A stretch of DNA of 64,000 bases from Trichosphaerium sp. ATCC 40318 (Eukaryota > Protista > Tubulinea): positions 1 to 64,000 of the forward strand of contig JALMLS010000199.1 of assembly GCA_038496445.1 (NCBI GenBank). Direction: 5' to 3'. Every line of letters starts with the position of its first letter. Within the stretch, counting starts at the first letter, position 1. The position numbers were made by a program, and so were the translations under genes. The notes beneath the pieces were generated by a model. That model saw only the letters and a list, made by a program, of their open reading frames with translations. It did not search any database and had not been told where the DNA came from. Positions 60,685-64,000 of this stretch are shown here, one piece after another.

Positions 60685-62366
60685 ATGTTAAAGCAAGTAG
60701 CATCGTACTCGCGCCACAGAGCGTATGGGCGCACTCGAACACGCTTTTCGCGCAGAACAAAGGTTGCCAATACAAAAAAAGACCCAGTAACACGAACAGC
60801 GCCCAAAATCGCCTTAACTGTTGGTCTACTGGCAGGAGCCGCTTTGTTCTTTTCATCACAAGCCAGTGCCGAAGAAAAAGCTAACCACAGCGTAGATTTA
60901 GCGCCTATTGAACAGGTATGTAGCTATAATACTTTTATTTACACAATGCATCTCAAACGCCTCATAATTGTTCACCACGCTCACAGAATATTAGTCCAAG
61001 TTTGGTAGCAACAATGAGGTGGCAAATGTAACAGTTCGTGCTCCAGGCAAAATTATTCTACACGGAGAGCATGTTGTAGTACAAGGACGAACAGCCATCG
61101 CTGCTGCGATAGGTAAATATTGCTTGGCAGACTTTAAACGGTACAGTAACGTAATTCTGGTTGTAAAGCTTATTTTGGCAGTCCTGAATCCTCTGACACT
61201 TTCCAATTGACATACACACTACCAAACGAAGACGAGAAGACACTTAGGTGGCTCGTAAGCGATATTAAACGCGTGGGTAAGGTTCCTTCACAGGTTTTTA
61301 ATATCGCCTATTAATTTCTCACTGACGTTAGCTGACACGCTTGATATTGATGCTGCTGTTATCCAAGAACAACCAAAAAGAGTAATTGACGAACTAGAAG
61401 CCGCATTACAAACGTTATGCAGTGGAGACAAATCAGCAATTACTTTTACATCTATTTACATTATTATCAACAAATTATACAAAAAACCCTTCCTCCCAGT
61501 GTCTTGTACAGTAACATCTGAAGTACCTCTTGGTGGACTTGGCTCATCTGCAGCATATAATGTTGCTATTTGCGCTGGTATGGCTTTGATTAGTTATGTT
61601 CTGTCTAAGGTTTTCGTTAGGTATGAGCCTTTATTTGAAAGCAATCAAATCTATTGATAATAATAGACAGACAATCAATGATTTTGCCTTTTTAATGGAA
61701 CACTTAATGCATACAAAACCGTCTGGTATTGACAACTCTGTATCCACATATGGTGGCGCTATTGCCTATAGAAAATTCGAAAAGGAGCCACTATATAGAC
61801 TAAAAAATATGCCTAATTTGGATTTAATTATTGCCAACACATGCGTTGCAAGAGAAACAAAAAAAGCAGTTGAGCACACACTAGGAATGAACGAAAATTT
61901 TAAATGTATGGATCTAGTTGCAGATGCCATAGGTGCACTAAGTACTGAAGCACAAGATATTTTTGAAGGATCAAATGGAAAATGTTAGTGGTTTTTTTTG
62001 TGCCATTCTCATTTTCACTTTAGCCCTCACTCCAAAAGAAGCTTCTCACTTGGCTTCAATGATCACAATAAATCATCACCTCATGAATGCTTATGGTGTT
62101 GGTCACCCTAAGCTTGACGAGATTACAGAGATTGCACAACGCCATCAACTTCATGGTAAATTGACTGGTGCCGGATGGGGTGGTTCAGCGTATATTTTTG
62201 TTCCACCTGATCAACGTACGCTCAAAAAAATCAACATGAATCAAATTGTTTAACTGATTTAGTCGCTGGCACTGATGCTGTTGTAACTGACCTAGAACAA
62301 GCTGGTTTTCCATCATTTGTAGCAAATGTAGGTGCTAGAGGTGTACATGTTGTATCAGACCTATAA
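60685..62366 (+). CDS. MVK: Mevalonate kinase with N-terminal targeting extension
   Basis: APGKIILHGEHVVVQG, SEVPLGGLGSSAAY, MEHLMHTKPSGIDNSVSTYGG, INHHLMNAYGVGHPKLD, KLTGAGWGG. Confidence 0.9.
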
Positions 62367-62442
62367 TTTAACAAGCATAGGAAGATAACAATAAAAAAAA
62401 TAATGTTTTCTGTACAAAGGTTGGGGTATTTTTTATTTTCGT

Positions 62443-63765
62443 TTAAAATACAGGTTTTGCTGTGTAGCGCGGTTTCTTTTGTCTGGAGTTCTTGCCTTGT
62501 CGTCTTGGCTTTCTCTTTTGACCGCTTGATTGCCCACGCTTCTTGTAACGATCCTATATTAAGTTAGTAAAACAATACTTGCAAAAAAAGTGTCAAAAAA
62601 TTCATTATGTTGACGTACTCTGCTATCGTCTTTGTAACCTTCCATGTAACTCGAAAATGTATTGGTTTTATTCTTGACTCCCTTACCGCCATATTTTTTA
62701 TCTTTTCCTCTACGTTTCTTTGATCTAACAACCTCATCAGCCAAAGTTTCAAAATGTCAAAAAATGAAACAAAAATGTAATACCTCGTGTCAGCATTGAT
62801 GGCGTCTTCAAGGGCTTGCTTTGCGTCCCACTCTGATAAATCCTTGTTGAGACCCTTACGTTGTTGCTTGTACTGGTACAAAGCTTCATCATGTAATTTA
62901 CGCTTGGTACGCTTCTCACTCTCTACAGCACGTTGCATCTGAAATAAAGTGTCAAAAAACAGAGTGATTACACCTCATTTACAAACAAAAAAAGGAGCTT
63001 TGACAGCTTGGTTTGTTTCGTACCTGTTTACCGTATAATTTTTGTTGACGTTTCTTTTTACGCTCTTGTGCATCTGAAATACGACGTTGGGTGGCTAACA
63101 ACACATCCTTCACCTATCGTAGATGTTATTACAACGTTCAAAAGTAGCACAGAAATAGATGTTGTGTATTTTGAGCGGTTTTACGTACCTTTGCCATGTG
63201 CCAATCTGGTTTTACCATTTGAGCAAAGTAATCGTCCGGACGTTGCTACCAAGAGGTAAGGATTGAATTAACATGCGTTACAAGTACTTGTTTGATGCCA
63301 TTTTCTTCTAACATATCTCTGCCTTTTAAAAATGCATCCATAGCCTGCATGTAGCTTGTTGTGTTAAGGAAAAATAAAATAACGAAATATAAAATTGTAA
63401 AGTGTTGTTTACGCCATGTTTGTAGCGCAACATTATCAAACCCGCGTTGCAGGAGGATACAAAGCCATTTCGCGTTTTAAGTCGTCGTTGAAATCAACTT
63501 CGCTATTATCATTCTCAGCAACAATTTCTAGCGTATCAGGCCAGCACTCGCGGTCTACCCAGCATTTTCTCAGTTCTTCAATTTTCGTGCTTATTTCCGC
63601 ATCATTGTTGATTTGTTCCTCTAATTGCTCTGCAATTAACGTTTCCTTGTACTTGTCGAAGAAAGCTACTTCGTCCTCAATTTCAAGGTTTTCTTCTGCA
63701 ATTATATCTCTGGTCTTTTCTAGTACTTGAAGGTACTTGTATTTTGGTTTCTGTTGATCTGCCAT
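62443..63765 (-). CDS. EBP2: rRNA-processing protein EBP2
   Basis: WPDTL...NDDLKREMAFYMQA, RPDDYFAQMVKPDWHMAKVK, KLYGKQMQ, KRRGKDKKYGGKG, RQGKNSRQK. Confidence 0.88.
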
Positions 63766-64000
63766 TGTGGGCTATGACACTTTGGTGAAACTGAAATATT
63801 TTAGCTTGACGCTGTAGGACTGCTCTAGTTCCAAACCCACGCCTAAGGCACAGCAAAGGTGTTAGCCATTGTATAGATGAACCGACCGGCAAAGCGCGCT
63901 AAGATAGAAACATCAAAGAGGTTTCAGAGCTAGCAAAAGCTAAACATGCGCTAACTTACTTGTAGGCCGTTGTATTGGCGTGAATTGGTTCTATTTTGCC

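Noticed and set aside
1-64000. Alternative genetic code suggested by fragmented ORFs
   Set aside because: Stops fall in introns. Spliced conserved genes translate cleanly and end in TAA, TAG or TGA.
63770-64000. Possible upstream exons of EBP2 or 3' end of a neighbouring gene
   Set aside because: An intron-like segment exists but the frame cannot be assigned at the window edge.
1-64000. tRNA, rRNA, telomeric or autonomous transposon sequence
   Set aside because: None recognised by eye. tRNAscan and Infernal were not run.

Overview
Gene-dense, AT-rich, intron-rich nuclear DNA of a eukaryotic microbe (probably an aerobic amoeboid or flagellate protist; standard genetic code; most introns about 40-110 nt). 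About 25 genes can be reconstructed by manual splicing. Housekeeping and metabolic: SAT-like GNAT, MOCS2B, NDUFA5, 3-hydroxybutyrate dehydrogenase, a second GNAT, DNAJC8-like, xylulokinase, GH30, REX1B-like, mevalonate kinase, EBP2. Signalling: C2-PH-RhoGAP, RasGEF, SH3-RhoGEF-PH-MORN, LIM, Kelch-BTB, F-box/ARM, C-type-lectin receptor, atypical G-alpha-BTB fusion. The most notable structures are: (1) an ~11 kb inverted duplication (1.4-12.6 kb) carrying four mosaic copies (two intact, two defective) of a beta-propeller/PT-stalk surface receptor around a 3.3 kb unique spacer bounded by near-identical non-coding inverted repeats; (2) a dispersed family of F-box-like + MORN-variant (YwqK-like) repeat proteins with hypervariable repeat positions and high turnover; (3) strong enrichment of CACGTG next to poly(A/T) tracts in introns and intergenic DNA; (4) U12-type introns and many GC-AG introns; (5) a G-alpha lacking both catalytic residues fused to BTB domains; (6) a mevalonate kinase with a mitochondrial IMS-like presequence; (7) a nested hAT-like MITE. 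All gene models are manual and unvalidated, and some frameshifts may be assembly errors.
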